Of a stretch of 64,000 nucleotides of DNA, positions 12,001 to 22,421 are shown in pieces (the stretch's first letter is position 1; every line of letters begins with the position of its first letter). The translations under genes were made by a program, and so were the position numbers. The notes under the pieces were generated by a model. The model was given only the letters and a program-made list of their open reading frames with translations, was not told the origin of the DNA and did no database searches. Origin of the DNA: an uncultured cyanobacterium (GTDB lineage: Bacteria > Cyanobacteriota > Cyanobacteriia > Cyanobacteriales > Nostocaceae); contig CAVUDP010000002.1 in NCBI GenBank assembly GCA_963740315.1, forward strand, positions 1,376,001 to 1,440,000, written 5' to 3'.

Positions 12001-12312
12001 GCAGGTGGTGTCGGATTAAATTTAACCCGTGCAAATCATGTTTTCCACTTCGATCGATGGTGGAATCCCGCAGTAGAAAACCAAGCTACAGATAGGGTAT
12101 TTCGTATCGGTCAAACAAAAAACGTACAGGTACATAAATTTGTTTGTACTGGAACTTTAGAAGAAAAAATTCACGACATGATTGAAAGTAAAAAACAATT
12201 AGCAGAACAAGTTGTAGGTGGCGGCGAAGACTGGTTAACAGAAATGAATACCGATCAACTGCGTAACTTATTAATACTCGATCGCGATGCAGTTATTGAA
12301 GAAGAGAATTAA
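9094..12312 (+). CDS. SNF2-family (SWI2/SNF2) helicase-like ATPase
   Basis: LADDMGLGKT, DEAQ, LTGTPVENR, SLKAGGVGLNL and QATDRVFRIGQ motifs. Confidence 0.95.
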   Translation: MAILHGSWLLNGQGSCFFVWGETWRSLDSNSSPDELIKVLPHYAAMTPFELLELLQERNISIPNWGKVETQSSAKSGKKRKATATNVNLPSSSIAIALPTHIPQAVKKKNKNIDSIYPLHSAMVEETAKTQYLHPWQVEGFCLNSKEANKFLTSLPMSVANDEQAFIGEDLRFWSQVARWSLDLIARCKFLPEIENNQDNYPIASWEALLDSAVDGSRLDKYSRSMPLSCRMYQAQASYYPSVNLPPQSEQLLLDFLNKTVDAQLREMVNPDAAETRLLASLPSVVKQWLLGLTSNKNSLSADTPEVERLEAALNAWTMPLQNQLGQRSLFRTCFVLRTPEAGDTEWLLEYYLQAIDDEEFLLDAQTIWNHPVDKFVYQNRTVDKPQETFLRGLGLASRLYPIIAPSLDTALPQSCRLEPMQAYDFIKSVTWRFEDSGLGVVLPDSLANRDGWANRLGLKVSAQTPNKKTERLGLQSLLNFRWELAIGGQTLSKQQFDKLVALKSPLVEINGEWVELRPQDIKTAQTFFAGRKEKMALSLEDALRLGSGDTQMIEKLPVVSFEASGALQELITNLTDNQEIEALPTPASFHGELRPYQQRGMAWLSFLERWGLGACLADDMGLGKTIQFIAFLLHLKEEEALQNPTLLVCPTSVLGNWEREVKKFAPNLKVLQYHGDKRPKGKAFQNAVKDKNIVITSYSLVHRDLKTLQDISWQIIALDEAQNIKNAESKQSQAVRQLEPEFRIALTGTPVENRLQELWSIMDFLNPGYLGNKQFFQRRFAMPIEKYGDTSSLSQLRSLVQPFILRRLKTDRNIIQDLPEKQEMTVFCGLTPEQAKLYQQVVENSLAEIDDAEGLQRRGMILGLLVKLKQICNHPAQYLKKKTLDNHDSAKLQRLDEMLEEVISNGDRALIFTQFAEWGKLLKPHLEEKLSRETLFLYGSTSKKQREEMIDRFQHDPQAPPVMILSLKAGGVGLNLTRANHVFHFDRWWNPAVENQATDRVFRIGQTKNVQVHKFVCTGTLEEKIHDMIESKKQLAEQVVGGGEDWLTEMNTDQLRNLLILDRDAVIEEEN

Positions 12313-12473
12313 AGGTCTGCATGTTAAAGGTTAGAGGTTAAAGGTTAGAGATTCCTAATTTCTAACTATTTTACAATTCATAATGCCCTATGCCCCATAC
12401 CCAATTCCCAATCCAAAATCTAAAACAAAATAAACGCATCTGTTGTTAAAATCCAAAATCCAAAATTAAAATC

Positions 12474-13301
12474 ATGCAAGCAAATTACGATTTTCAAGCA
12501 TCAAGAGAATGGTGGTCGCAACGGTGGTTAGAGTTATTAGATTCTTACCGTTTTAAAAAGCGTTTGGAACGTGCGAGAAATTATGCACGTCAAGGAAATA
12601 TTCTCAGCATTAAATTTGAAAATGCCAAAGTAAAGGCTGATGTACAAGGAAGCGAACCGGAACCTTACAAAGTCTCTCTTTCTCTTGACTCTTTTAGCGA
12701 TGAAGAATGGGGTTATGTAGTTGAAACTATGTCCCAAAAAGCAATATTCGCTGCCAAATTATTAGCGGGAGAAATGCCGCAAAATATCGAAGAAGTATTT
12801 ACCGCAAATGGCTTGTCTCTATTTCCTTTTACCTTATCCGAAGTTCATAGTAAATGCTCTTGTCCCGATAAAGCTAACCCCTGCAAACATATCGGTGCTA
12901 TTTACTATCAATTAGCCGACCGTTTTAGTGAAGATCCATTTGTATTATTTCAATTAAGGGGACGTACTAAAGAAACAATTCTTAACGATTTACGAAAATT
13001 ACGCAGTGCTAATGTTGCAGTTGCAGAAACTTCGGATACTGAAGAGTTAATTAATAACAAACAAAATTCTCTACAACTAGATAACTTCTGGGAATACAAT
13101 CAACCATTAGAATCTTCTTTAGTAGTAATTGCACCATCAACTGGCGAAACTGTTTTAGATGTATTAGGTTCTATACCTTTAGCAAAAGAAGATGAGAATA
13201 TTGCAAATACTAATTCTACAGATATTGTCATGAAATATCTCAATTTAGTATATAAAGATGCTAGTCATAAGGCGTTTTTAGCCGCGATGAATGTGGGGTG
13301 A
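12474..13301 (+). CDS. SWIM zinc finger protein
   Basis: CSCPD...PCKH motif; follows the SNF2 gene, a common pairing. Confidence 0.9.
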   Translation: MQANYDFQASREWWSQRWLELLDSYRFKKRLERARNYARQGNILSIKFENAKVKADVQGSEPEPYKVSLSLDSFSDEEWGYVVETMSQKAIFAAKLLAGEMPQNIEEVFTANGLSLFPFTLSEVHSKCSCPDKANPCKHIGAIYYQLADRFSEDPFVLFQLRGRTKETILNDLRKLRSANVAVAETSDTEELINNKQNSLQLDNFWEYNQPLESSLVVIAPSTGETVLDVLGSIPLAKEDENIANTNSTDIVMKYLNLVYKDASHKAFLAAMNVG

Positions 13302-13879
13302 ATCAGTTAGCAGTTAGCAGTTAGCAGTTAGCAGTTACCTGTTACCTGTTGTTTTTTTTATAAAATACAGATGTAAAGATAAGGAAGTGTTTATTTAATA
13401 TGTTTGGGTAATAAAAAATGCGTCCCAGCTTTTGGTGCATATCATTAAAATTAATAAATACAATAAATACAATAAATACAAGCCTAAATTAATAAAAAGC
13501 TTTGCTTTGTGTCAGTTTGAGGCTATATATCTTATATTTTAATAACTAAATCTAATTTCTCACCTTGAAATTAATTTTAAGAAATTAAAAACAAAGTAGG
13601 TTAAAACACACCATAACTATGTCCGTTATGCCATAATCAAACCTTAATTGGGTTCCGAGAAATTTATTAAAAATGGTACAAGTTGTCAGTATTGATACTA
13701 GAAATACTCTAAAATTATTAGAAATAATAATTACTTTTTTGTTGTCAACTGTATTTATACGTAAAATGCAGGATGTAAAATCGCGTTTAAATAATTATTC
13801 TTAACTGACAACCGATCGCTGCTCGTTGCTCACTGGTCACTGATATTCTATTACGGCAAGGTCATACAGTTAAATAAGA

Positions 13880-14179
13880 ATGGAACTTCAAAGCAAAATT
13901 ATTACTGTTGAGTTGAGTGATGGCACTAGTATAAGAGTTGAAGCGACTCTTATTGGGGATCGCAAACTAACTTTTCAAACCCGACCATTTACTGAAGTAA
14001 TTGGCGCTGTAGAATCTTTGGCAAAGGAAATTGCGGAAACAGTACAAAAGATAAAGCCAGATAAAGCTTCTGTCAGATTTGGGATAGACGTTGGCATTGA
14101 ATCTGGTAAACTCACACCTTTGCTTGTTAAAGATGCTTCCACGGGTAATATCGAAATTACTTTGGAATGGAGTAATTAG
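13880..14179 (+). CDS. Small protein resembling CU044_2847/trypsin-co-occurring (Trypco1) family
   Basis: PDKASVRFGIDVGIESGKL..LLVK...NIEITLEW pattern. Confidence 0.65.
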   Translation: MELQSKIITVELSDGTSIRVEATLIGDRKLTFQTRPFTEVIGAVESLAKEIAETVQKIKPDKASVRFGIDVGIESGKLTPLLVKDASTGNIEITLEWSN

Positions 14180-14311
14180 ATATTAATAGAAAATTATCTA
14201 AATTGGTGGTTTAGTAATGCGATCGCCAATAATTTATTTTACTAGAATATACGTTTTAATTTTATTTGGAGAATTTTTATTCAAGATTTCTCTAATCCAA
14301 ATTCCTTGCAT

Positions 14312-14339
14312 AAAAAAAACTCCCGCTTTTACACGGGAG
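14312..14339 (-). terminator. Rho-independent terminator of psbDC
   Basis: Minus strand CTCCCG-TGTAAAAG-CGGGAG followed by T8. Confidence 0.75.
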
Positions 14340-14379
14340 CAACTAATTATCAGTAATTAAACATTACAAATTAAAGAAC

Positions 14380-15771
14380 CTAATCTAAATTCGGCATGAA
14401 CATTACTGGTTCGGATTCGCGGTTAATACCTTTTTCAAAACCACCAGCAGCAGCACGAGCGCGTCCTGCATGCCATAAGTGACCGATTAGGAAGAAGAAT
14501 CCTAATACGAAGTGAGATGTCGCCAACCACGCACGAGGAGATACGTAGTTAAAGGAGTTAATTTCGGTAGCAACACCACCCACTGAGTTCAATGAACCTA
14601 AAGGTGCATGGGTCATGTATTCAGCAGCACGACGAGCCTGCCAAGGCTGAATGTCATTCTTAACTTTTTCTAAGTCAAGACCGTTAGGACCGCGTAAAGG
14701 CTCCAACCAAGGACCGCGGAAGTCCCAGAAGCGCATGGTTTCACCACCAAAGATGATTTCACCAGTCGGAGAACGCATCAAGTATTTACCTAAACCTGTA
14801 GGACCTTGAGCGGAACCGACGTTAGCACCCAAGCGTTGGTCGCGAATCAAGAAGGTCAAAGCTTGAGCTTGAGACGCTTCTGAAGCTGTAGGACCAAAGA
14901 ATTCGCTAGGGTAAGCGGTGTTATTAAACCAAACGAAGAGGGAAGCGATAAAGCCCATTAAGGACAAGGCACCCAAACTGTAGGAGAGATATGCCTCACC
15001 AGACCAGATGAAAGCACGACGCGCCCAACCGAAAGGCTTGGTAAGAATGTGGAAGATACCACCAGAGATCGTGATGATGGCAACCCAAATGTGACCGCCC
15101 ACAATATCTTCGAGGTTGTTAACGCTGATAATCCAACCTTCGCCACCGAAGGGGGACTTCAGTAAGTAACCGAAGATTACCGCCGGGTTCAACGTTGGAT
15201 TAGTAACGACGCGGACATCACCACCACCGGGTGCCCAGGTATCGTACAAACCACCAAAGAACATTGCTTTAAGCACCAACAATAAGGCACCACATCCCAA
15301 GATTATGAGGTGGAACCCGATGATGGTGGTCATTTTGTTCTTATCTTTCCAGTCATAACCAAAGAAAGAAGAGTATTCTTCTAAGGTTTCTGGACCGCGA
15401 AGTGCGTGATATATACCGCCAAAACCTAATACGGCAGAAGAAATTAGGTGAAGTACACCAACAACAAAGTAGGGGAAGGTGTCAATTATTTCACCACCAG
15501 CACCAACACCCCAACCTTGGGTTGCTAGGTGAGGTAGCAGGATTAAACCCTGCTCGTACATGGGCTTTTCAGGAATGAAGTGAGCAACCTCAAACAAGGT
15601 CATTGCTCCAGCCCAGAAAACGATTAAACCAGCATGAGCTACGTGAGCGCCCAGTAGTTTACCGGAAAGATTTATTAAACGAGCGTTGCCAGACCACCAA
15701 GCAAAGCCTGTGCTTTGTTGGTCGCGTCCGCCCGCTCCCATTACCATCTGTCTATTAGAGAGCGTTACCAC
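14380..15771 (-). CDS. psbC: Photosystem II CP43 protein
   Basis: [22 protein letters not shown] and [12 protein letters not shown] start at 15771 overlapping the psbD end. Confidence 0.98.
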   Translation of the reverse strand: MVTLSNRQMVMGAGGRDQQSTGFAWWSGNARLINLSGKLLGAHVAHAGLIVFWAGAMTLFEVAHFIPEKPMYEQGLILLPHLATQGWGVGAGGEIIDTFPYFVVGVLHLISSAVLGFGGIYHALRGPETLEEYSSFFGYDWKDKNKMTTIIGFHLIILGCGALLLVLKAMFFGGLYDTWAPGGGDVRVVTNPTLNPAVIFGYLLKSPFGGEGWIISVNNLEDIVGGHIWVAIITISGGIFHILTKPFGWARRAFIWSGEAYLSYSLGALSLMGFIASLFVWFNNTAYPSEFFGPTASEASQAQALTFLIRDQRLGANVGSAQGPTGLGKYLMRSPTGEIIFGGETMRFWDFRGPWLEPLRGPNGLDLEKVKNDIQPWQARRAAEYMTHAPLGSLNSVGGVATEINSFNYVSPRAWLATSHFVLGFFFLIGHLWHAGRARAAAGGFEKGINRESEPVMFMPNLD

Positions 15772-16813
15772 GTGGTAGAACCTCCTCTGGGAATACAAAT
15801 TGTTCGTGGGGCTGATCTTGAGGTGCCATCCAAGCACGGATACCCTCGTTCAGCAAAATGTTTTTCGTATAGAATGTTTCAAATTCTGGGTCTTCTGCGG
15901 CTCTCAATTCTTGAGATACGAAGTCATAAGCACGTAGGTTTAGCGCTAAACCAACTACACCTACCGCGCTCATCCATAACCCGGTTACTGGTACAAACAA
16001 CATGAAGAAGTGTAACCAGCGTTTGTTGGAGAATGCAATACCGAAAATCTGTGACCAGAAACGGTTTGCTGTCACCATTGAATAAGTTTCTTCTGCTTGG
16101 GTAGGTTCAAATGCACGGAAGGTGTTAGAACCGTCGCCGTCTTCAAACAAGGTGTTTTCTACGGTTGCACCGTGAATTGCACACAACAGCGCACCACCCA
16201 ATACACCTGCTACTCCCATCATGTGGAAGGGATTCAAAGTCCAGTTATGGAAACCTTGGAAGAATAGCAAGAAACGGAAGATTGCTGCTACACCAAAACT
16301 AGGAGCGAAGAACCAAGAAGACTGACCCAAGGGGTACATCAAGAATACAGCAACGAATACCGCAATTGGTGCAGAAAATGCGATCGCGTTATAAGGGCGA
16401 ATTCCTACCAAACGGGAAATCTCGAACTGTCGCAACATAAAGCCAATCAAACCGAAGGCTCCGTGTAATGCGACAAAAGGCCATAAGCCACCCAACTGAC
16501 ACCAACGGGTGAAGTTGCCTTGAGCTTCTGGACCCCACAACAGCAACAGGGAATGTCCCATGCTATCTGCGGGTGTGGATACTGCCACGGTCAAAAAGTT
16601 ACAGCCTTCCAAATAAGAAGATGCTAAACCGTGAGTATACCAAGAGGAAACAAAAGTTGTTCCTGTAAGCCATCCACCTAGAGCCATGTAGGCACAAGGG
16701 AACAGCAATATACCCGACCAACCGATAAATACGAATCTATCTCGTTTTAACCAGTCATCGAGTACGTCAAACCAGCCTCTACTACTAGGGGCGCGTCCAA
16801 CTGCAATGGTCAT
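15755..16813 (-). CDS. psbD: Photosystem II D2 protein
   Basis: MTIAVGR...WLKRDRFVF...[12 protein letters not shown], 352 aa. Confidence 0.99.
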   Translation of the reverse strand: MTIAVGRAPSSRGWFDVLDDWLKRDRFVFIGWSGILLFPCAYMALGGWLTGTTFVSSWYTHGLASSYLEGCNFLTVAVSTPADSMGHSLLLLWGPEAQGNFTRWCQLGGLWPFVALHGAFGLIGFMLRQFEISRLVGIRPYNAIAFSAPIAVFVAVFLMYPLGQSSWFFAPSFGVAAIFRFLLFFQGFHNWTLNPFHMMGVAGVLGGALLCAIHGATVENTLFEDGDGSNTFRAFEPTQAEETYSMVTANRFWSQIFGIAFSNKRWLHFFMLFVPVTGLWMSAVGVVGLALNLRAYDFVSQELRAAEDPEFETFYTKNILLNEGIRAWMAPQDQPHEQFVFPEEVLPRGNAL

Positions 16814-17228
16814 TGGGACAAAAATCCTCTTCTAAAATTGCTACGTTTTGTTTAGTACGGAAACAACGTTTTTATCTGGGCACTCTCGACAGTGTTTAAT
16901 ACTATCAATTTTATGAGAAAATACATCAAGTGAGTAACTGTTTCTCAGGATTGTGCCAGACCCTAATCGCAAACTGCATTCACAGCATACGATCGCTTAA
17001 TAATTTTTAACTTATCACATTAGTCCAGCTTTGTGACCAATTTATACTCACTTTTCAGGTATTAAATGCAAACCGACCCCATACAATCAATATCAGAAAT
17101 TTTACAATTTGACACAACTTTTCTCAGAAAACTTAATTTATCAGAAAATCTAAAGAAATTGTGCGGAGTCAGCAAGACGATGGCAGACTTGTAATAGAGA
17201 ATTTCTCACAACCTCCAACATTAGTTCC

Positions 17229-17795
17229 ATGACCGCATCAACAATCACTCAAGCCAGTAACGTCCTTACACAAAAGGTTCTGGGTTCTCGTAGATTTAGT
17301 AATTACTGGTGGGCAACAATCGTTTTTCTTGGAGCTACAGGCTTCTTTTTAGCCGGATTGTCAAGCTATTTTCAGAAAAATTTACTTTTAGTCACCGATG
17401 CAACTCAGTTGATATTCTTTCCCCAAGGTTTAGTTATGGGGTTATACGGTATTGCGGGTTTGCTTCTGTCTATATATCTGTGGCTAGTAATTCTATGGGA
17501 TTTAGGAGGCGGATACAACGAATTTAATCGAGAGACAGGTCAAATAAAAATCTTCCGTTGGGGATTTCCAGGCAAAAATCGGCGAATTGAACTCGATTGC
17601 AATACCCAAGACGTGCAATCAGTGCGAGTCGATATCAAAGAAGGAATCAACCCCCGCCGCGCCCTTTATCTACGGGCAAAAGGTCGCCGAGACATTCCTT
17701 TAACAAGAGTAGGTCAACCCTTAACTTTAAAAGAATTGGAAACTCAAGGCGCTCAGTTGGCGAAATTTTTAGGAGTACCGCTTGAGGGACTTTAG
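17229..17795 (+). CDS. ycf4: Photosystem I assembly protein Ycf4
   Basis: [30 protein letters not shown]. Confidence 0.96.
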   Translation: MTASTITQASNVLTQKVLGSRRFSNYWWATIVFLGATGFFLAGLSSYFQKNLLLVTDATQLIFFPQGLVMGLYGIAGLLLSIYLWLVILWDLGGGYNEFNRETGQIKIFRWGFPGKNRRIELDCNTQDVQSVRVDIKEGINPRRALYLRAKGRRDIPLTRVGQPLTLKELETQGAQLAKFLGVPLEGL

Positions 17796-17798
17796 GAA

Positions 17799-18033
17799 GA
17801 TGGGGAGACAAGGGGATGGGGAGACAAGGGGATGGGGAGACGAGGGGATGGGGAGACAAGGGGATGGGGAGACGAGGGGATGGGGAGACAAGGGGATGGG
17901 GAGACGAGGGGATGGGGAGACAAGGGGATGGGGAGACGAGGGGATGGGGAGACAAGGGGATGGGGAGACGAGGGGATGGGGAGACGAGGGGATGGGGAGA
18001 CAAGGGGATGGGGAGACGAGGGGATGGGGAGAC
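17799..18033. repeat. Tandem repeat, 16-nt unit GGGGATGGGGAGAC(A/G)A (STRR-type)
   Basis: About 14 consecutive units visible. Confidence 0.92.
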
Positions 18034-18096
18034 ATACAGCGAGCAAGATGCTCGCACTACCTAATATTTATTTGATATTTCTTGATTTGGAAGTTC

Positions 18097-18193
18097 CTTA
18101 ACTCCTAACTCCTAACTCCTAACTCCTAACTCCTAACTCCTAACTCCTAACTCCTAACTCCTAACTCCCAACTCCCAACTCCCAACTCCCAAC
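18097..18193. repeat. Heptamer STRR tract (CTCCTAA/CTCCCAA)n
   Basis: Direct tandem heptamers. Confidence 0.92.
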
Positions 18194-18271
18194 CTTTAAC
18201 CTTTGACCTAAATCACTGTTGCCTAAATCACCATAGAAGCTAAGATACATGGGTTGAGTTTCGTACTATAA

Positions 18272-19017
18272 ATGCTGTTAAAAGCTCCTAAATATTTTTT
18301 GGTTACGTTTTTGGTTGTCGGTGCTTTGATGTTGAACGGGTGTTCGGGTAAGGAGGTAGGTTCCACTACTTCAGACTCTACAGTAGCCGCAGCAGATAGC
18401 GACACAACCGCACAAGCAACTCTTGCATCTGAAGTAAAAAATGAGGCTGTTCCTGGAATGAACGATTTACCAAGACTTGAAGGCAAAGCAGAAGTAGTGA
18501 TGACGATTAATGGTTCGCCAGTCACTATCGAAGTAGATGGAACGAATGCTCCTATAACTGCTGGTAACTTTGTAGATTTAGTCCAAAAAGAATTCTATGA
18601 TGGCTTAACTTTCCATAGAGTGGAACCCAAATTTGTAGTTCAGGGGGCGATCCTAAAGGTGATGGAACTGGTGGGTATGTTGTTAACGGTAAAGAGCGCA
18701 ATATACCGTTAGAAATTAAGCCAGAAGGTGCAGACGAACCTGTTTACGGTAAAACATTTGGTAAAGCAAATGTTAACAAGTCACCAGTATTGCAACACAA
18801 AGCAGGAGCCATCGCAATGGCACGCTCGCCATTGCCAGACTCTGCTTCCTCTCAATTTTACTTTGCCCTAGCAAACGTAGCTTTCTTAGACGGTGACTAC
18901 GCAGTATTCGGTAAAGTTACTGACGGAATGGATGTCATCAACAAAATTAAACGAGGCGACAAAATCGAAAACGCCAAAGTTACCAAAGGCGCGGAGAATT
19001 TGAAAAACGCCGAGTAA
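18272..19017 (+). pseudogene. Cyclophilin-type peptidyl-prolyl isomerase (lipoprotein-like), frameshifted
   Basis: [17 protein letters not shown], then the frame changes at the G run near 18643-18647 (expected QGGDP); second half [22 protein letters not shown]. Confidence 0.85.
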
Positions 19018-19019
19018 TT

Positions 19020-19245
19020 AGGATGGGGAGAGGGGGAGATGGGGGGATGGGGAGAGGGGGAGACAAGGGGAAGAAGAGAGCAGGGGAGGCTCTTGAGGCT
19101 CTTGAAGCAGGGGAAGAAAAAACTAATTTAATTGCTTCCTCCGCTCCCTCCGCTCCCTCCGCTTCCTCCGCAATATCATCTCCTAACTCCTAATTCCTAA
19201 TCTATTCCCCATGCCCAATCTAAAATCTAAAATCTAAAATCTAAA
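19020..19245. repeat. Mixed STRR/short tandem repeats
   Basis: GGGGAGA-type, CTCCGCTCC and AATCTAA repeats. Confidence 0.7.
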
Positions 19246-19246
19246 A

Positions 19247-20476
19247 TTGATTAGGGTTGTAGTTACTGGTATTGGTTTGATTTCTGCTTTGGGTAATAAC
19301 CTGGAAGATAGTTGGCGGCGTTTAATTGGGGGTGAGTCTGGAATTAAACTGTATCAACCGTTTCGGGAATTACAACCGCTTCCTTTAGGTTTGATTGGCG
19401 ATCGCCCAGCAGTGGTAAAAAGTCTTACTCAACAAGCTGTTAATTCTGCTTTGCAAGATGCTTTATTAGTTCCACCTTTGTCCGATTGCGGAATAGTAAT
19501 TGGTTCGAGTCGCAGCTATCAAGCGGAATTAGAAAGGATGGCGAGGTGGATGTATGGAGGGACAAGGGGACAAGGGGACAAGGAGACAAGGGGACAAGGA
19601 GATAAGGATGAAAAACTTTCTACCCCCTCTACCCCCTCTACCCCCTCTACCCCCTCCCCCTCTCTCTTCCTCTCTTCATTACCCAACATGAACGCGATCG
19701 CAGCAGCGCAAATCATTGGTGCAACCGGAACTGTACTTGCGCCGATGGCGGCTTGTGCTACTGGAATTTGGGCGCTTTTTCAAGGTTTTAATTTAATTAA
19801 ATCTGGGCGTTGCGATCGAGTTGTTGCTGGTGCGGTGGAAGCTCCAATTACGCCTTTGACGATAACTGGTTTCGATAAAATGGGCGCTTTAGCAAAAACT
19901 GGTGCTTATCCTTTCGATCTAAATCGGGAAGGTTTGGTTTTAGGGGAAGGTGCGGCTATATTTGTCTTGGAATCGGCAGAATTAGCACGTCGGCGTAAAG
20001 CTAAGATATACGGTGAAATACTTGGTTTTGGGTTAACTTCAGACGCATATCATCCAAATCAACCCCACCCTGAAGGAAAAGGCGCTATTTCTGCTATTAA
20101 AAAATGTTTACATCGCGCCGATCTTTGTGCGTCCGATATTGATTATATTCACGCTCACGGTACGGCTACGCAGATGAATGACCGGGTTGAGAGTCGGGTT
20201 ATACAAAAGATATTTTCAGAAAGCGTGGCGGTTAGTTCAACTAAGGGAAGCACTGGTCATACAGTTGGAGCTTCTGGTGCTTTGGGAGTAGCTTTTTCTT
20301 TGATGAGTTTGCGGCATCAAATCTTACCGCCTTGTGTTGGTTTGACAGAACCTGAATTTGATTTGAATTTAGTTAGAGAAGCGCGTCGAAGTGATGTTGA
20401 AAAAGCAATGTGTTTTAGTTTTGGCTTTGGGGGACAAAATGCGGTTGCAGTTTTAGGTAATGGAAATGACGTTTAA
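19247..20476 (+). CDS. Beta-ketoacyl-ACP synthase (FabF-like) with in-frame repeat insertion
   Basis: AACATG active Cys, HAHGTAT, STKGSTGH and SFGFGGQN motifs. Confidence 0.9.
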   Translation: MIRVVVTGIGLISALGNNLEDSWRRLIGGESGIKLYQPFRELQPLPLGLIGDRPAVVKSLTQQAVNSALQDALLVPPLSDCGIVIGSSRSYQAELERMARWMYGGTRGQGDKETRGQGDKDEKLSTPSTPSTPSTPSPSLFLSSLPNMNAIAAAQIIGATGTVLAPMAACATGIWALFQGFNLIKSGRCDRVVAGAVEAPITPLTITGFDKMGALAKTGAYPFDLNREGLVLGEGAAIFVLESAELARRRKAKIYGEILGFGLTSDAYHPNQPHPEGKGAISAIKKCLHRADLCASDIDYIHAHGTATQMNDRVESRVIQKIFSESVAVSSTKGSTGHTVGASGALGVAFSLMSLRHQILPPCVGLTEPEFDLNLVREARRSDVEKAMCFSFGFGGQNAVAVLGNGNDV

Positions 20477-20831
20477 CTGATATCTCTCACCAATCTCAAC
20501 AAGCTCCAAGAAACCCAGTTTCTGACACTGGTGCAAGATGTGAAGTTTAAAAGACTAGATCGGGAATCTTGAAAATTTTAAGCAGAAAAAATATAGCTGA
20601 GGGGAGTTTTTGCAAATATTTTTCAATTTAGCCGAATGTAAAAAAAACACTAAAAAGAATGATGGAAATTGTTGCTAAGTATGTTAATAAACTACTTTTA
20701 TAAGTATTTTAATAATCTTAGTTCCAGATAAAAGTAGTTAATTTCTCTTGAGATTCTATCCCAGAGACAGTCGCCAGTATTGTTACTAGTTATCATAATA
20801 AAAGTAGAGAAAACTTAAAGAATATTTACCA

Positions 20832-22266
20832 ATGCAGGTTTCTTCCTCTGGCTGGTCTAAGCTCAAACATTCAATACAAGAAAAAATTCTTTTCGGTAAT
20901 GAACCGACACCAGAGTTGTTCGCAATTCTTACCGTTTATTTTGTTCAAGGTATTTTGCGGCTGTCGCGTTTAGCGGTTAGCTTTTTTCTCAAAGATGAAC
21001 TTGGGCTAAATTCCTGCTGAGGTTTCAGCCTTATTTGGGATTGTGGTTTTACCTTGGATTATTAAGCCTTTATTTGGGTTCTTTTCCGATGGTTTCCCCA
21101 TATTCGGTTATCGACGACGACCTTATTTAATTTTGTCGGGGATACTCGGAACGTTAGCCTGGGTAGCTATGGCAACTGTAGTTCATAGTAGCTGGGCTGC
21201 GACAACTGCCATTTTGTTAAGTTCGCTTTCGGTTGCGGTGAGTGATGTCATAGTAGATTCACTGGTAGTAGAAAGAGCCAGGTCAGAATCGCAGGCGGAA
21301 GCAGGTTCTTTACAATCAATTTGTTGGGGTGCTTCTGCTTTTGGAGGTTTAATCACCGCTTACTTTGGCGGTTTTTTGTTAGAACATTTCACTACACGCA
21401 CTGTATTTTGGATTACCGCTACTTTCCCGTTAATTGTCTGTGGGGTTGCTTGGTTAATTGCGGAATCTCCTGTAGAGAATAATCCCGAAGATGATAAAAA
21501 CAGCAATATCGAGGATGTTAAAGGGCAAATCAAATTACTGCGTCAAGCCGTAACTCAAAAAGTAATTTGGCTACCTGCTGCCTTTCTCTTCATCTGGCTA
21601 GCTACACCGAGTTCGGAATCGGCATTCTTTTACTTCACTACTAACGAGCTACATTTTCAACCAGAATTTTTGGGAAGGGTGCGTTTAGTAACGAGTATTG
21701 CCGCTTTAGTGGGGATTTGGATTTTCCAACGTTTTCTTAAAAGCGTTCCGTTTCGGGTAATTTTTGGTTGGAGTACTGTAATTTCAGCAGTTTTAGGATT
21801 ATCGTCGCTGTTATTAGTAACTCATGCTAACCGGGCTTTAGGAATAGACGATCATTGGTTTAGTTTGGGTGATAGTTTGATTTTGACGGTAATGGGACAA
21901 ATTGCCTATATGCCAGTTTTGGTATTAGCAGCAAGAATTTGTCCGCCGGGAGTAGAAGCGACTTTATTTGCATTGTTAATGTCGGTGACAAATTTAGCGG
22001 GATTAGTTTCCCACGAGTTGGGTGCGGGATTGATGCATTATTTAAGAGTCACTGAAACAAACTTTGATAACTTGTGGCTGTTAGTGACAATTACCAATCT
22101 CAGCACTTTGCTACCGCTACCCTTTATTAATTGGCTTCCTGCTGCCGGGGAGGAAACTCCAAAAGTACCGCAGCCAGCTTCAAAAGACAGCGACGAATCA
22201 GAAATTTTGCCTAATTTAATGTCAGAATTAATTTTGCAACAGCCAGCAGAAGAAGCGGTTGATTAA
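20832..22266 (+). pseudogene. Folate/biopterin (FBT/BT1) MFS transporter, frameshifted near 21008
   Basis: VYFVQG..FFLKDELGL in ORF 20832 continues as PAEVSALFG..LPWIIKPLFG..PIFGYRRRPY in the next frame. Confidence 0.85.
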
Positions 22267-22310
22267 TAGTTTAAAGGTCAAAGGTTAAAGGTTAAATAAT
22301 TTATTGATTT

Positions 22311-22365
22311 GTAGTAAGCACTTTAGTGCTTTTAAAGGATATATAAGAACTAAAGTTCTTACTAC
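22311..22365. repeat. Inverted pair of GTAG-type REP-like palindromes
   Basis: GTAGT-AAGCACT-TT-AGTGCTT ... AAGAACT-AA-AGTTCTT-ACTAC. Confidence 0.75.
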
Positions 22366-22421
22366 GAACTTATACCTATTAATGTCTACTAAGTTAAATA
22401 ACAATCTAGAATTAATTAGAA

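Noticed and set aside
9094..13301. SNF2-SWIM pair as a novel defence system
   Set aside because: It is a widely conserved two-gene pair in a core-genome context with no additional defence genes attached.
15772..15837. N-terminal extension of psbC in the ORF track
   Set aside because: It lies within psbD. The conserved start is GTG at 15771.
17799..18033. Tandem repeat as a CRISPR array
   Set aside because: There are no unique spacers. This is a contiguous STRR-type repeat.
17647..18101. Several overlapping ORFs with PHPLVS/GDGETRG repeats
   Set aside because: They are translations of the stop-free 16-nt tandem repeat, open in many frames.
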